From NCBI GenBank assembly GCA_036170915.1, contig JAVHQC010000029.1, forward strand, positions 64,001-128,000: a DNA stretch of 64,000 nucleotides. Reading direction: 5' to 3'. The translations under genes and the position numbers were made by a program. This DNA comes from Cyanobacteria bacterium auto_48_18 (GTDB lineage: Bacteria; Cyanobacteriota; Vampirovibrionia; Obscuribacterales; Obscuribacteraceae). Under the pieces are notes generated by a model, which was given only the letters and a program-made list of their open reading frames with translations, was not told where the DNA came from and did not search any database. Every line of letters starts with the position of its first letter. Positions within the stretch are counted from its first letter, which is position 1. Below, piece after piece: positions 18,843 to 28,887 of the stretch.

Positions 18843-19358
18843 ATGATTGAAATGTTTGTATATGGAATCGCCTTCGACGGCCGCACGGGACAACCAATTG
18901 TTGTACTCAACGATTCGACCAAAAGGCGAGCTCTACCCATATGGATTGGACCTTTCGAAGCTTCGGCTATTGACAAGGCTCTGAATAATCACAAACCTGA
19001 ACGGCCCATGACCCATGACCTGCTGCTCAACACAATTACTACATTGGGTTACAAGGTCGACCGCATTGAAATCAACGAACTGGCCTCAAGCACCTATTTC
19101 GCCACTATTTTGATCAAAGTTAACGACCCCAGCCAGAAGCTCAACGAAACCAAGCCTCTAGACGCCCGGCCGTCTGACGCCATTGCCATCGCCTTGCGGG
19201 CCAAAGTGCCGATTTTTGTCTCGGCTCAGGTGGTGGCTGACGGCACCATTGCGGCAGATCACCAAAAAGACGAAGAAGAAGCCAAACAATTCAAATCGTT
19301 CATCGACGGCTTAAAGGCTTCTGATTTTCACAAACCAGGCGGCGGCCTGTCGGAGTAA
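18843..19358 (+). CDS. Bifunctional nuclease family protein (DUF151)
   Basis: LPIWIGPFEA, RPMTHDL and DARPSDAIAIALR; start moved to ATG 18843. Confidence 0.93.
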   Translation: MIEMFVYGIAFDGRTGQPIVVLNDSTKRRALPIWIGPFEASAIDKALNNHKPERPMTHDLLLNTITTLGYKVDRIEINELASSTYFATILIKVNDPSQKLNETKPLDARPSDAIAIALRAKVPIFVSAQVVADGTIAADHQKDEEEAKQFKSFIDGLKASDFHKPGGGLSE

Positions 19359-19362
19359 TTTT

Positions 19363-19881
19363 CTACTGCGGCTGAGCCTTGCGCTTATTGTAAGTGACTG
19401 ATTTTTCGCTGACAATCAGCCAGCGGCCCGTTTTGTCTTGCTGTAGAAACCAGGTTACCTTAACACCAGCATGACCGCTGGATCCGTGAAAAATTACCTC
19501 TACTGCCGGTGCGCCCGCCAGCTCCGTTTTTTTAAATTTAGGATGGCCGAAGCTTTCCTCATTCTTTAAAGCACTTAGATGCTCGTCTTTAAAAGCTGCG
19601 GCTATCTCTTTGGCCAGGCCATCACGATCAAGTTTTTGCCAGCGAACGTCGCCGCGTTCGCGCTCAACACCTGCCTCAATGTTGGCGGCCGGGGCGTAGA
19701 GTTCAATTAGTTTGGCGTCACCGGCGAGATCAAGCTTCTTATACTGTTCAAACACTTGCCGCGCTTCGGCGAATTCTTCAGCCTTTGATTCTGCATTAGA
19801 AGGAGAAATCGCACCACCAGCAATGCACAGCAGCAGGCTTGAAAGGCCAGCAAGAATACTTGCGCTTGATTTATCTTTCAT
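19363..19881 (-). CDS. Hypothetical exported protein (possibly NTF2/SnoaL-like)
   Basis: Signal peptide; C-terminal GRWLIVSE strand. Confidence 0.65.
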   Translation of the reverse strand: MKDKSSASILAGLSSLLLCIAGGAISPSNAESKAEEFAEARQVFEQYKKLDLAGDAKLIELYAPAANIEAGVERERGDVRWQKLDRDGLAKEIAAAFKDEHLSALKNEESFGHPKFKKTELAGAPAVEVIFHGSSGHAGVKVTWFLQQDKTGRWLIVSEKSVTYNKRKAQPQ

Positions 19882-19883
19882 CT

Positions 19884-20234
19884 TTAGCCTTTTCTTTTAA
19901 GAGCAGCACTGAGAGCGGTTTCCAGCGTGGCAATTTTGGCCTCCAGCTGTTTTTCTTTGTCAGATTGAATCTCCACAGCAAGTTTGGCATCTTGAGTTTG
20001 CCACTGCAATTGCTTAGCTTCAGATTTCAATTCTTTCGATCGAATTTTCCAGATGCAAAAAACAGTGACGGCACCCAGGGCAAAAAACTTGAGCACAATT
20101 AAGGCTAAAGGTATTTGCAATGCCGCACCAGCAATGGCGTAGGCAACCGTGGTAGAGGTAGTGGTGGCCATAAAGAAAAGTGTGAATAAAACTGAGAGTG
20201 CTGCCACAGCTATGAACAGATATTTGGGAAGCAT
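19884..20234 (-). CDS. Hypothetical membrane protein with coiled-coil tail
   Basis: Two hydrophobic segments then charged heptads; operonic with neighbours. Confidence 0.65.
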   Translation of the reverse strand: MLPKYLFIAVAALSVLFTLFFMATTTSTTVAYAIAGAALQIPLALIVLKFFALGAVTVFCIWKIRSKELKSEAKQLQWQTQDAKLAVEIQSDKEKQLEAKIATLETALSAALKRKG

Positions 20235-20247
20235 AATTCGGAAGACC

Positions 20248-21291
20248 CTATTTTAGTTTGGCCAGTAAACGCTCAAAATCTTGAGGCAGCTCAGCTTGAA
20301 ATTCTAACAGCAAACCCGAGACCGGGTGGCGCAAAGTCAAACGGGCGGCATGAAGGGCTTGCCCTACTAAACCCAGCTTGTGCCGGGCTTCAAGACTGCC
20401 CGAGCTTTTCTTATTGTAAACAACGTCACCTACCACCGGTAAATTAAGGCTGGCCATATGCACTCTAATCTGGTGAGTGCGCCCGGTTTCAAGCTGGCAT
20501 TCCACCAGACAATACTTAGTAAAAAATTTCATTATTTGATAATGGGTTCGAGCAGACCGGCCCCGTTCACCGGCTTTGACAATAGTCATTTCTTTGCGCT
20601 TCACCGGATGCCTGCCAATAGGTGCGTCAATGCTGCCGCTTTCTACCGCCGAAACCCCCTCTAGAAGTGCGAGATAAACCCTTTTGGCTTCTTTATTTTG
20701 CAATTGCTGAGACAGCCCCTGATGAGCGACATCGGTCTTTGCCACCATAATTAAGCCACTGGTATCTTTATCGAGCCGGTGCACAATTCCCGGACGAATT
20801 ACTCCACCAATTGAAGACAGCCTGCCCTGGCAGTGATACAGCACGGCATTGACCAGAGTGCCGCTGCTTACTCCAGCTCCAGGGTGAGTCACCATTCCCG
20901 CGGGTTTATTAATGACCAGCAAATGTTCGTCTTCAAAAACAATATGCAGGGGAATATTCTCAGGCTGCGCCGCCAGCACCTCTGGTGGTGGCACTGTCAC
21001 GATCACCTTATCGCCATCTTTTAATTTCAAACTGGCTCTGGCACTGACGCCGTTCACTGTCACCTGACCGTCATCAATTAATTTTTGCACGCGAGCGCGA
21101 CTGAACTCGGTCTGCCCGGTCAAATATTGATCCAGTCGATTACGATCATATTGCGACGCACTATAAGTTAGTTCTATTAGTTCTAACTCTTGCTCGTGCT
21201 CTTGCTCGTGCTCTTGCTCTTGCTCTTGCTCTAGTTCTTGTCCTAGTTCTTGCTCTTCGTCGTCATCTCTAGGACGCATTTTTTCTTCCAT
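20248..21291 (-). CDS. rluD: RluA-family pseudouridine synthase with S4 domain (RluD-like)
   Basis: RLDQYL S4 domain, NKPAGMVTHP, HRLDKDTSG, TGRTHQIRVH and QALHA. Confidence 0.93.
   Translation of the reverse strand: MEEKMRPRDDDEEQELGQELEQEQEQEHEQEHEQELELIELTYSASQYDRNRLDQYLTGQTEFSRARVQKLIDDGQVTVNGVSARASLKLKDGDKVIVTVPPPEVLAAQPENIPLHIVFEDEHLLVINKPAGMVTHPGAGVSSGTLVNAVLYHCQGRLSSIGGVIRPGIVHRLDKDTSGLIMVAKTDVAHQGLSQQLQNKEAKRVYLALLEGVSAVESGSIDAPIGRHPVKRKEMTIVKAGERGRSARTHYQIMKFFTKYCLVECQLETGRTHQIRVHMASLNLPVVGDVVYNKKSSGSLEARHKLGLVGQALHAARLTLRHPVSGLLLEFQAELPQDFERLLAKLK
21188..21262. repeat. Low-complexity 6/12-nt coding repeat (EQEHEQELE tract)
   Basis: tcttgctcgtgc / tcttgc units in the rluD 5' end. 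Confidence 0.7.
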
Positions 21292-21766
21292 CTAAAAACA
21301 AAAACTGAATAATAATCAGCACCACACCTGTGTCAATTAAGGCGTCTGCCACATTGAAAATAGGAAAGGAGAAAAAAGAAAATTCAAGAAAATCAGTCAC
21401 CTTGCCTTGCACAAAGCGCTCATATAAATTTCCACAAGAGGCGCCTATAATCAGGCCCGCGCCAAGGCGTTCAAGTATGGCAGGCCGCTCGGCTCTATAA
21501 ACTCTCATCAGCCCCCAGACCAAAAAGCCGGCAGTATACAGGCAGGCGATGGCAGTCATCAAAGGTGCATGACCACGCCCCAATGAAAAGGCAGCACCAG
21601 TATTCATAGTCAAATTGAACTGCAATAGACCAGGCAGAAATGGCACCATCTGCCCCTGGGTCAAATGATCAAGAGCCCAGATTTTAGAAAGTCGATCAAG
21701 GACAAACGCGATTGTACCTGCACCAGCCATTATGGCTAGTTCATTTTTTGATTTCAGCCGAATCAT
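21269..21766 (-). CDS. lspA: Signal peptidase II
   Basis: DRLSK, NTGAAFSL, GNLYER, VTDF and FNVAD. Confidence 0.93.
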   Translation of the reverse strand: MIRLKSKNELAIMAGAGTIAFVLDRLSKIWALDHLTQGQMVPFLPGLLQFNLTMNTGAAFSLGRGHAPLMTAIACLYTAGFLVWGLMRVYRAERPAILERLGAGLIIGASCGNLYERFVQGKVTDFLEFSFFSFPIFNVADALIDTGVVLIIIQFLFLDGRKNAS

Positions 21767-22859
21767 CTTTAACTTCGGCTCCGGACTTATCAGCGTTTTT
21801 CTCCGCCGACTGATCAGATTTGTCTGATTTGTCTAGCTTGTCAGACTTATCTGACTTGTCTAGTTTGTCAGATTTATCAAGTTTATCGGCTTTGTCGGTG
21901 ACTTTAAGCTCTGCTTTTACATCACTGTCAGCCACTTGCACTTCATCTTTTACATGTGAATGCTCAGGAATGACATTCATTCTGCGTGTGAGAAAAGAGA
22001 CGCCCATAACTGATGTGCGCATAGGGTTTGTCAAAATTACTGTGGCGGTGAGCAGCTCGTTGCGATTTTCAGCGTTAGCGCCCATGACGCGCTCCAGCAC
22101 CGGTTGTTCAAGGGGGCGAGGGCTATCAGTGGGAGTTGGTTGCGGATAACGCAGTGGTTGGCTGGTGATGGAACCTACAGCAAAAAGACCTGGAGGCAAA
22201 TTAACTTCGAGACGCGCCGAATATTGTTTGCCCGCTTTTACCTGCTCTGGGGCGGTGAATACAGCGTTCAATTGTTTGGCCAGGCCAAAGGCGACTTTGA
22301 CTTTTTCATAGTCGATACGATCGCCCACAATTTTCCAGCTGGTACCGAAACGTTTTAAATAAGTCTGACTTTCAGAAAGAGATTGCAGTTCACCTTTGCT
22401 GCCCATGCCCACACCAGGCATGTTTTTCTCAGTGGTGCCTGAGGCCATGTCACGCGATTCTACCGTGGCATTGTTCCCTTCAATTCTTATCTGTTTAGTC
22501 TTCGAAACAGACTTGGCGTCAGGATAAGTCTTCCAAAATTCTTGGGTTAATTTCAATACTGCTTTTTTATCAAGGCCATCATTGTTGATGTAATCATCAG
22601 CATAGTTGGCCATAACGCCTTCGAGATTATGCGCATTCCATAAGGTCTCGATGTTGGCGAAGGTGGCTTCGATTTCTTTGCGTTCGCGCTCGTGCTCTTT
22701 GTCGTCACCATCAATACTGAACTCTGGCGTAGCAAGCGTAATTGCCGGAGAAGTTTCAAGGGCTAAGGCCGGCGAAAAAGCACTGGAAGAAAAAATCAGG
22801 GTACCAAGCAAAGCGGTACTTGCGAGAAGCGAAACAGGAAAGCGCGCAGTTGGTTTCAT
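21741..22859 (-). CDS. Exported NTF2-like domain protein with DKS/DKL-repeat tail
   Basis: Signal peptide; WNAHNLEGVMANYADDYINNDG NTF2-like start; tripeptide repeat tail; alternative start at 22898. Confidence 0.75.
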   Translation of the reverse strand: MKPTARFPVSLLASTALLGTLIFSSSAFSPALALETSPAITLATPEFSIDGDDKEHERERKEIEATFANIETLWNAHNLEGVMANYADDYINNDGLDKKAVLKLTQEFWKTYPDAKSVSKTKQIRIEGNNATVESRDMASGTTEKNMPGVGMGSKGELQSLSESQTYLKRFGTSWKIVGDRIDYEKVKVAFGLAKQLNAVFTAPEQVKAGKQYSARLEVNLPPGLFAVGSITSQPLRYPQPTPTDSPRPLEQPVLERVMGANAENRNELLTATVILTNPMRTSVMGVSFLTRRMNVIPEHSHVKDEVQVADSDVKAELKVTDKADKLDKSDKLDKSDKSDKLDKSDKSDQSAEKNADKSGAEVKDDSAEIKK

Positions 22860-23004
22860 ATGTGGTATCACTGATGACCTGAATGGGGCACAAAACACAA
22901 ATTTCTGATGATTTCACCAGAGCTTCGAACAATATTATATCCGTATGTTCTCTTTAGAACCGCTCAGCTTGTGCAATACTGAGACAAAACTTGCATTTAT
23001 GGTC

Positions 23005-23038
23005 AAAGAGAAGGAGACCGGCTGGCCCCCTTCTCTTT
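23005..23038 (-). terminator. Hairpin downstream of mdh
   Basis: aaagagaagg...ccttctcttt inverted repeat 20 nt after the mdh stop. Confidence 0.6.
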
Positions 23039-23058
23039 AGATTAGTTCTTCAAATTAA

Positions 23059-23997
23059 TTAAACGGCAACCAGCAGCTGATTCATCAGGTCGATATTTTC
23101 TTTAATCGACTTAGCAGAGGCGTTGAGCGCGTCTTGCTCTTCTTTGTTCAACTTCAGGTCTACGATTTTCTTCACGCCTTCTTTGCCCAGCACGCATGGC
23201 AGGCCAATGTAGACATCTTTCAAACCATAAGCGCCGTCAGCTTGGACGCAGCATGGCAACAAACGATTCTGATCTTTCAAAATCGACTCTACCATTTGCA
23301 CTACAGAGCGGCCTGGAGCGTAATAAGCGCTGCCGGTCTTGAGCAAATTGACAATCTCTGCTCCGCCATTTTGAGTGCGTTTGGTCATTTCGTCTATTTT
23401 GGCCTGGGGCAAGAATTCAGATATTGGAATGCCATTAACGGTGGCAAAGCGGGTCAGTGGCACCATCAAATCGCCGTGCCCACCAAGAACCATGGCCCGT
23501 ACATCTTGCACTGAGAAACCGGTTTCCATGGCGATGAAAGCCTGGAAGCGAGCCGAGTCAAGTACTCCGGCCATGCCGATAACACGTGAAGCAGGCAATT
23601 TTGTGGTTTTCCAGGTGAGGTAAGTCATCACGTCAAGCGGATTGGAAACTGTGATGAAAATGGCATCTGGTGAGTGTTTAATTGCTTCTTTAGCAACACC
23701 TTGAACGATATTGGCATTGATTTTGAGCAGTTCATCGCGCGACATTCCAGGTTTTCTGGCAATACCGGCGGTAATTACAACGATGTCAGAACCTTTAGTA
23801 GCGGCATAATCATTCGAACCGACCACTTCGCAATCATGACCGGTGATTGGTGCTGCTTGCATCATGTCGAGAGCTTTACCCTGGGGCATGCCTTCTACAA
23901 CATCTACCAGGCACACATCTGCAATATCTCTATCTGCCAGATACTGGGCCACGGTGGCTCCCACAAATCCGGCTCCTACAACTGTAACTTTGCTCAC
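23059..23997 (-). CDS. mdh: Malate dehydrogenase (LDH-like)
   Basis: VVGAGFVG, ARKPGMSRDEL, NPLD, LDSARF and GGHGD; GTG 23997 lies 8 nt after GGAGG (ATG 24003 is the alternative). Confidence 0.96.
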   Translation of the reverse strand: MSKVTVVGAGFVGATVAQYLADRDIADVCLVDVVEGMPQGKALDMMQAAPITGHDCEVVGSNDYAATKGSDIVVITAGIARKPGMSRDELLKINANIVQGVAKEAIKHSPDAIFITVSNPLDVMTYLTWKTTKLPASRVIGMAGVLDSARFQAFIAMETGFSVQDVRAMVLGGHGDLMVPLTRFATVNGIPISEFLPQAKIDEMTKRTQNGGAEIVNLLKTGSAYYAPGRSVVQMVESILKDQNRLLPCCVQADGAYGLKDVYIGLPCVLGKEGVKKIVDLKLNKEEQDALNASAKSIKENIDLMNQLLVAV

Positions 23998-24247
23998 GAG
24001 CATGTCCTCCGACCACAAACAAAAGGTACGACCAGAGACTGAGGTTAACACGGCCTTTGCCAATTTCCGGCCTAGCTTAAGCTAGGCTTCATAAGTAGGT
24101 AGAATTGTGCAAGCAAAACGCGAGGTAATCACGCGCATAAGCTGTTAGTCCTTGGTAGTGACTAGTGAAATCACGGTGCATATTTTTTGCGACTCTAAAC
24201 TAGAATGTAATTATGGTTGTTCTACTGACTACAGGCAAAAAGGCCCA

Positions 24248-25039
24248 ATGCGGAAATACACGAGAGTTGCCAAGGAAAGCAAAGGCTTAATTGCCAGACC
24301 TTTCCACTTGCCCTGCTTGGCAATGGCGGCCGCTTTCACACTTACCATCGCACCTGCTCTTCTGCCGCTTTCGCTATCTGCCGGAGCCCGGGTGGCTGCA
24401 GCCGCAGAGGTAGACGACAAAGCGGCCAGCAAATTTACCGGCAAGGCAGAAATTAAGGCAGAACCAGTATTCAAGCCCGATGTGCCCAAGCTTGACTCAC
24501 TCGAACAAGCCGCAGCTAATTCCACCCTTAAAGGCACTATCGAGCACCGGTCGGCCAAAATTGCCCCGCCCCCACGCAAACCGAAAAAACTCAGCGCCAC
24601 TGCCGCAAAACCCGCGGAGAATCCACTTAACGGCATGTTGCGGGCCCAAAAAGACAAAGAACGGGCAATCAAACTTAAAGCCCAAAATCAAGCTTTTGAC
24701 CTCAAAGAAGAATTCACCATTCCGCAGTCTATTGGCATTATTGGTGTCAAATTCTTCAAACCCATCGACGGGCCGGCCGTGATAAACACAGTTTTCAGCG
24801 GCACCCCCGCGGCTAAAGCCGGCATGCAAGTGAACGATATGATTGTGGCGGTTGATGGAGTGCCCACCCGCAATCTAAGCAAAGATCAGTGTTATGACCT
24901 GATTGTGGGTTCCCCAGATACACCAATTACAGTTTCGGTGATGCGCCGCACCAATTTTGGCGTTAAGCAAATGGTGCGTATGGACTTCAATGACATTCCC
25001 GACCCTATGGTGCGCCGCGATTATCTCAACAGCCTCTAA
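24248..25039 (+). CDS. Exported/anchored PDZ domain protein
   Basis: GIIGV, TPAAKAGMQVNDMIVAVDG; hydrophobic N-terminal segment. Confidence 0.8.
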   Translation: MRKYTRVAKESKGLIARPFHLPCLAMAAAFTLTIAPALLPLSLSAGARVAAAAEVDDKAASKFTGKAEIKAEPVFKPDVPKLDSLEQAAANSTLKGTIEHRSAKIAPPPRKPKKLSATAAKPAENPLNGMLRAQKDKERAIKLKAQNQAFDLKEEFTIPQSIGIIGVKFFKPIDGPAVINTVFSGTPAAKAGMQVNDMIVAVDGVPTRNLSKDQCYDLIVGSPDTPITVSVMRRTNFGVKQMVRMDFNDIPDPMVRRDYLNSL

Positions 25040-25096
25040 GTCTTGGCAACAACCAGCTCTTCATAAAGAAGTGGGTCAAATGCTAAACTTGAGCCA

Positions 25097-25969
25097 ATGA
25101 AATTATGTTTTGATGCCACCAAATTTGGTTGCGGATTAGATGGAGCTATAGAGCTGGCGAGCGCCAAAGGCATCAAAGCCGTGGAGTTTTCCTTTGCTCC
25201 ATTTGCACCGGCCAAGGCCAATAAGAAAGCAGATGACAAGGAGAAAAAGTTCTTTCAGGCAGCCTGCCAGGCTGCTTTAGAAAAAGACGTCGAATTCGCC
25301 TGTCTCAATCTAGATTATTGCCTTGACGCCGGTGATAAAAAATCAGTCAAAGAATTTTTGCCCATGATTGAAAAACTGGCTGATGTAGCAGGCAATCTGG
25401 GCTGCAAGAAAGTATCATTTTTTATCAAGCCACATAGCGACGACAATTGGACAGAACCATTTGCCCAGCTTTATCCAGCATTGCAAACCAGCCTTGCTGC
25501 CTTCAATGTGACACCACTTTTACGCTTATCGACACCTACTGAATACCGCGGCGTCAGTTTAAAAAAATGGCGAGCCATGGATCCACAAGAATGGCGCACA
25601 CTTATTTCTTCCTGCCCTGGCCTCGGTCTAATCTATTCACCTGCCGATTGTCTCTGGCAGGGCATTGAATATCTAGCCAATCTGTCTGCTTTTGCCAGCG
25701 CCATTGATCATGTGGTGGCACACGATGTAGAAATTAATCGCACCATTCTTGCCGACAGCGGTACTTTCGGACCCTTGTGGTGGAACTATCGCCTGGCCGG
25801 AAAAGGGCATGTAGATTGGCGTCAGGTCATTGAAGCTTTAAAACTGTATGGCTACATGGGCAGTTTTTCAATGCAATTTGACGATGAATTTTTAGCCGAT
25901 GACGAACTGTCTCTCGACCAGGCGCTCGACGAATCGAAACGCCACTTTGCCCGTCTTTTGCGAGGTTAA
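25097..25969 (+). CDS. Sugar phosphate isomerase/epimerase-like TIM-barrel protein
   Basis: HVVAHD and RLAGKGHVDW...GYMG pattern of the xylose-isomerase-like/AP endonuclease 2 fold. Confidence 0.8.
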   Translation: MKLCFDATKFGCGLDGAIELASAKGIKAVEFSFAPFAPAKANKKADDKEKKFFQAACQAALEKDVEFACLNLDYCLDAGDKKSVKEFLPMIEKLADVAGNLGCKKVSFFIKPHSDDNWTEPFAQLYPALQTSLAAFNVTPLLRLSTPTEYRGVSLKKWRAMDPQEWRTLISSCPGLGLIYSPADCLWQGIEYLANLSAFASAIDHVVAHDVEINRTILADSGTFGPLWWNYRLAGKGHVDWRQVIEALKLYGYMGSFSMQFDDEFLADDELSLDQALDESKRHFARLLRG

Positions 25970-25971
25970 CT

Positions 25972-28887
25972 ATGCCGAAGACGAGCACATCTGAAACTAA
26001 GCCAGATTCAGGGCTAGAGCCAGACTCAGGTACCGAGATACCGCGAGAGCTTCTACTTTATTTGCACACTCACTGGGATAGAGAGTGGTACTGGAGCTTT
26101 GGTGCTTATCGCACTCAACTGATTCAAGTGGTGCTCTCAATCATTGAAAAATTAGAAAGCGGCGAACTTGCCAATTTCATGCTCGACGGCCAGACCTGTC
26201 TGCTGGAAGATCTGGAAGAAATGGTGCCCGGGCTTAACTTGTCTGCTCGCATCACTGCTCTGGTGCAACATAACAAACTTTCCATCGGTCCCTGGTATGT
26301 GCTGGCCGATCAGCTGCTGGTTGGCGGCGAGAGCCTGGTGCGCAATTTAGATTTCGGCATTAAGGCAAGCAATGCCGTGGGCAGAGCAGCCATGGTGGGC
26401 TATTGCCCAGATACTTTTGGTCACAGCGCCGACCTGCCCCGCATTCTCAAAGGCTTTGGCATAGACAATGCGGTGGTCTGGCGCGGCGTGCCACCACTGA
26501 CAAACGGACCGCTCTTTCTCTGGCAGAGTGCCGATGGTTCAGAAGTGCTCGCCCATCAACTAGCGCGCGGATACTATCAAACAGCCTTTCACGAAGACGT
26601 AAGCAGCAAACAACTGACTGATTATTTGCTCAGTTTTGTGGCTGATGAAACCCTCACGTATTCGCCAGAAATGAGAGCGGCTCTGGTTCCTGTAGGTGGT
26701 GATCACCTGCGGCCGCCATCCAATTACAAGACACAATTACAAGGCGCACTCTCCAGCAGCGAGAAAAAACTTACTGCCACCACTGTTAGCCTTGAACAAT
26801 TTTTTGAAAAAGCCAAAAGAGATTTTGCAGCAGATTTAAGCCCGCTGCAATTGGTGCAGGGAGAACTGCGCGACAATGCCGCGGCCTTTGCCTGTGAACG
26901 AGCGTACATGCTCGCAGGTGTGCTTTCAACCAGGCTGTATCTTAAGCGCGAAAACCGCCTGCTCGAGCATGCTTTGCTGAAAAAAATTGAACCGCTGCGT
27001 GCCATGACCGCCCTTGCCGGCATTATTGAATATCCGCAGTACGAGCTTGATTTCAGCTGGAAATTACTATTGAAAAATCATCCTCACGACAGCATCTGCG
27101 GTTGCAGCATTGATGAAGTGCACGATGAAATGCAGGCCCGCAGCAAAAGCTTAAACGGTCAGCTGGCGGTTCTTTATCGCCAGGCTCAAGAAGCTTTAGT
27201 TAGAACACTGGCACCAGATTTAAAAACCGCACGTCTTGGTCTAAATGCCATGACCGTCATGGACCCTGCTGAAAAGCCAAATACTCTGGTCACTGTTAAC
27301 ACCAGCGGCAATAAGGTCTCAATGCCTGTGGCCGTTCGTTTAGCTTTACTAGATGATGAACATTATTCTGGTGAAATAGCAGTTCCCGACGGCTTGCAAG
27401 TAGTGCACAAAGAAAAAGCCACGGAAGCCTTTTTAGAGTTATCTGGTGTGCCATTATTTAAAAATATCGAACTGATCGATGCATTTGTTTATGCAGAAAA
27501 CATGGCGCCGTTTTCAATCACACATTTAAAGACGGCCAGCTCGATTTTTGACGGTAAGTCAAAAGCCGCCTGCAAAATTAAAGACTACAGCAATGGCTTT
27601 GACGGCCTGGCTCTATGCAACCAATTCTTCACAGTTTATATAGATAAAAAAGGGCAACTGCTTGTTAAAGAGAGCAGAGTAGAAGCCGAATCTGAAGCAG
27701 ATGCGAAACCAGAAGCAAAAGCAGAAACAAAACCAGAAGCAACTCTGCACAAACTGGGTCATCGTCTCATTGACACCGGTGATGGTGGCGACACATACAA
27801 TTATGACCCTATTGCCCTGGACAAACCAGTGGAAGCCAAAGTAGTGTCAGTCTCGTCCGGGCTAGCTGGCCCGCTAGTAGCTTCCATTTTTGTAGAGTAC
27901 GAAATCGATTTACCTCAGGGCTTAAAGCAAGACAAAAACCCAGGACAGCAGAGGCGCAAAGGTGAAGCAGAAAGCACGCCAGCTCTGATTAACCTGAAGC
28001 GCAGCAACAAAACAATAAAGCATAAAATTGTCACTGAAATTACACTTAAAGCAAATGTTCCAATAGTCTATTTTGATACGCGATGGAAAAATAAAGCCAG
28101 CGATCACAGATTGGAAATTGTTTTTTCTACACCACAGAAACTGACAAAGACATTTAGCGAAAATCATTACAGCGTGATTGAAAGAGCTGTGGCTCGAAAA
28201 GTTGATCTCAACCCGGTTTACTCCACAGAAGCCTTTGTACCTCTTGGTCACGAGGGCACGCTCAACCGCTACCCTTGCCAGCGGTTTTTTGTGGCGCACG
28301 ATTATTGCTTCCTCAATAGCGGTTTGCCTGAATATGGTGCCGCCGGCAGCGACGTTTCCATTACTCTGCTCCGGGCCGTAAGTTATCTCTCGCGCAATCG
28401 ATTGCGCACTCGCGGCGGCGGCGCCGGACCAAACATCGCCACACCTGGCGCCAATAGCATTGGTAAAAACCACGTGTCATACGGCTGGGCGCCACTACAG
28501 CAAGATCATCACTCTGGCGGCAATTTTGCCGAAGCCTACAGCCTGGCAGAAATTTACGAAGAGCCCCTCACTGCTTTTCTAGTGCCGGCAGCAGCCAAAA
28601 CCGAGACTATGCCCAAGACCACCATGCTGGGTAAAAGCTTCTTTGCTCTCGATAACGATGCCATAAAAATTATGGCTTCATTTATAGATGAAGCGGGCAA
28701 AATGACTCTGAGGCTGCTAAACGTGTCTGGCTGGGAACAGTCTGCTAAATTGGAAGGGGCGGAGCGCATCAGTTTGCATCAACTTGACGGCAGCCCAGCC
28801 AGCGAAACAAACGCATCTTTGACACTCATATTTAAACCGTGGCAATTGCTTACCGTCAAAATCATGGAACCGGCTAGAAAATCATGA
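25972..28887 (+). CDS. GH38 alpha-mannosidase
   Basis: HTHWDREWY, FMLDGQT, PDTFGH, HPHDSICGCS, DGGDTYNY and TLLRAV. Confidence 0.93.
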   Translation: MPKTSTSETKPDSGLEPDSGTEIPRELLLYLHTHWDREWYWSFGAYRTQLIQVVLSIIEKLESGELANFMLDGQTCLLEDLEEMVPGLNLSARITALVQHNKLSIGPWYVLADQLLVGGESLVRNLDFGIKASNAVGRAAMVGYCPDTFGHSADLPRILKGFGIDNAVVWRGVPPLTNGPLFLWQSADGSEVLAHQLARGYYQTAFHEDVSSKQLTDYLLSFVADETLTYSPEMRAALVPVGGDHLRPPSNYKTQLQGALSSSEKKLTATTVSLEQFFEKAKRDFAADLSPLQLVQGELRDNAAAFACERAYMLAGVLSTRLYLKRENRLLEHALLKKIEPLRAMTALAGIIEYPQYELDFSWKLLLKNHPHDSICGCSIDEVHDEMQARSKSLNGQLAVLYRQAQEALVRTLAPDLKTARLGLNAMTVMDPAEKPNTLVTVNTSGNKVSMPVAVRLALLDDEHYSGEIAVPDGLQVVHKEKATEAFLELSGVPLFKNIELIDAFVYAENMAPFSITHLKTASSIFDGKSKAACKIKDYSNGFDGLALCNQFFTVYIDKKGQLLVKESRVEAESEADAKPEAKAETKPEATLHKLGHRLIDTGDGGDTYNYDPIALDKPVEAKVVSVSSGLAGPLVASIFVEYEIDLPQGLKQDKNPGQQRRKGEAESTPALINLKRSNKTIKHKIVTEITLKANVPIVYFDTRWKNKASDHRLEIVFSTPQKLTKTFSENHYSVIERAVARKVDLNPVYSTEAFVPLGHEGTLNRYPCQRFFVAHDYCFLNSGLPEYGAAGSDVSITLLRAVSYLSRNRLRTRGGGAGPNIATPGANSIGKNHVSYGWAPLQQDHHSGGNFAEAYSLAEIYEEPLTAFLVPAAAKTETMPKTTMLGKSFFALDNDAIKIMASFIDEAGKMTLRLLNVSGWEQSAKLEGAERISLHQLDGSPASETNASLTLIFKPWQLLTVKIMEPARKS

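Noticed and set aside
21805..21900. 9-nt periodic repeat, considered as CRISPR or VNTR
   Set aside because: Degenerate coding repeat for a DKS/DKL tail; no spacers or cas genes
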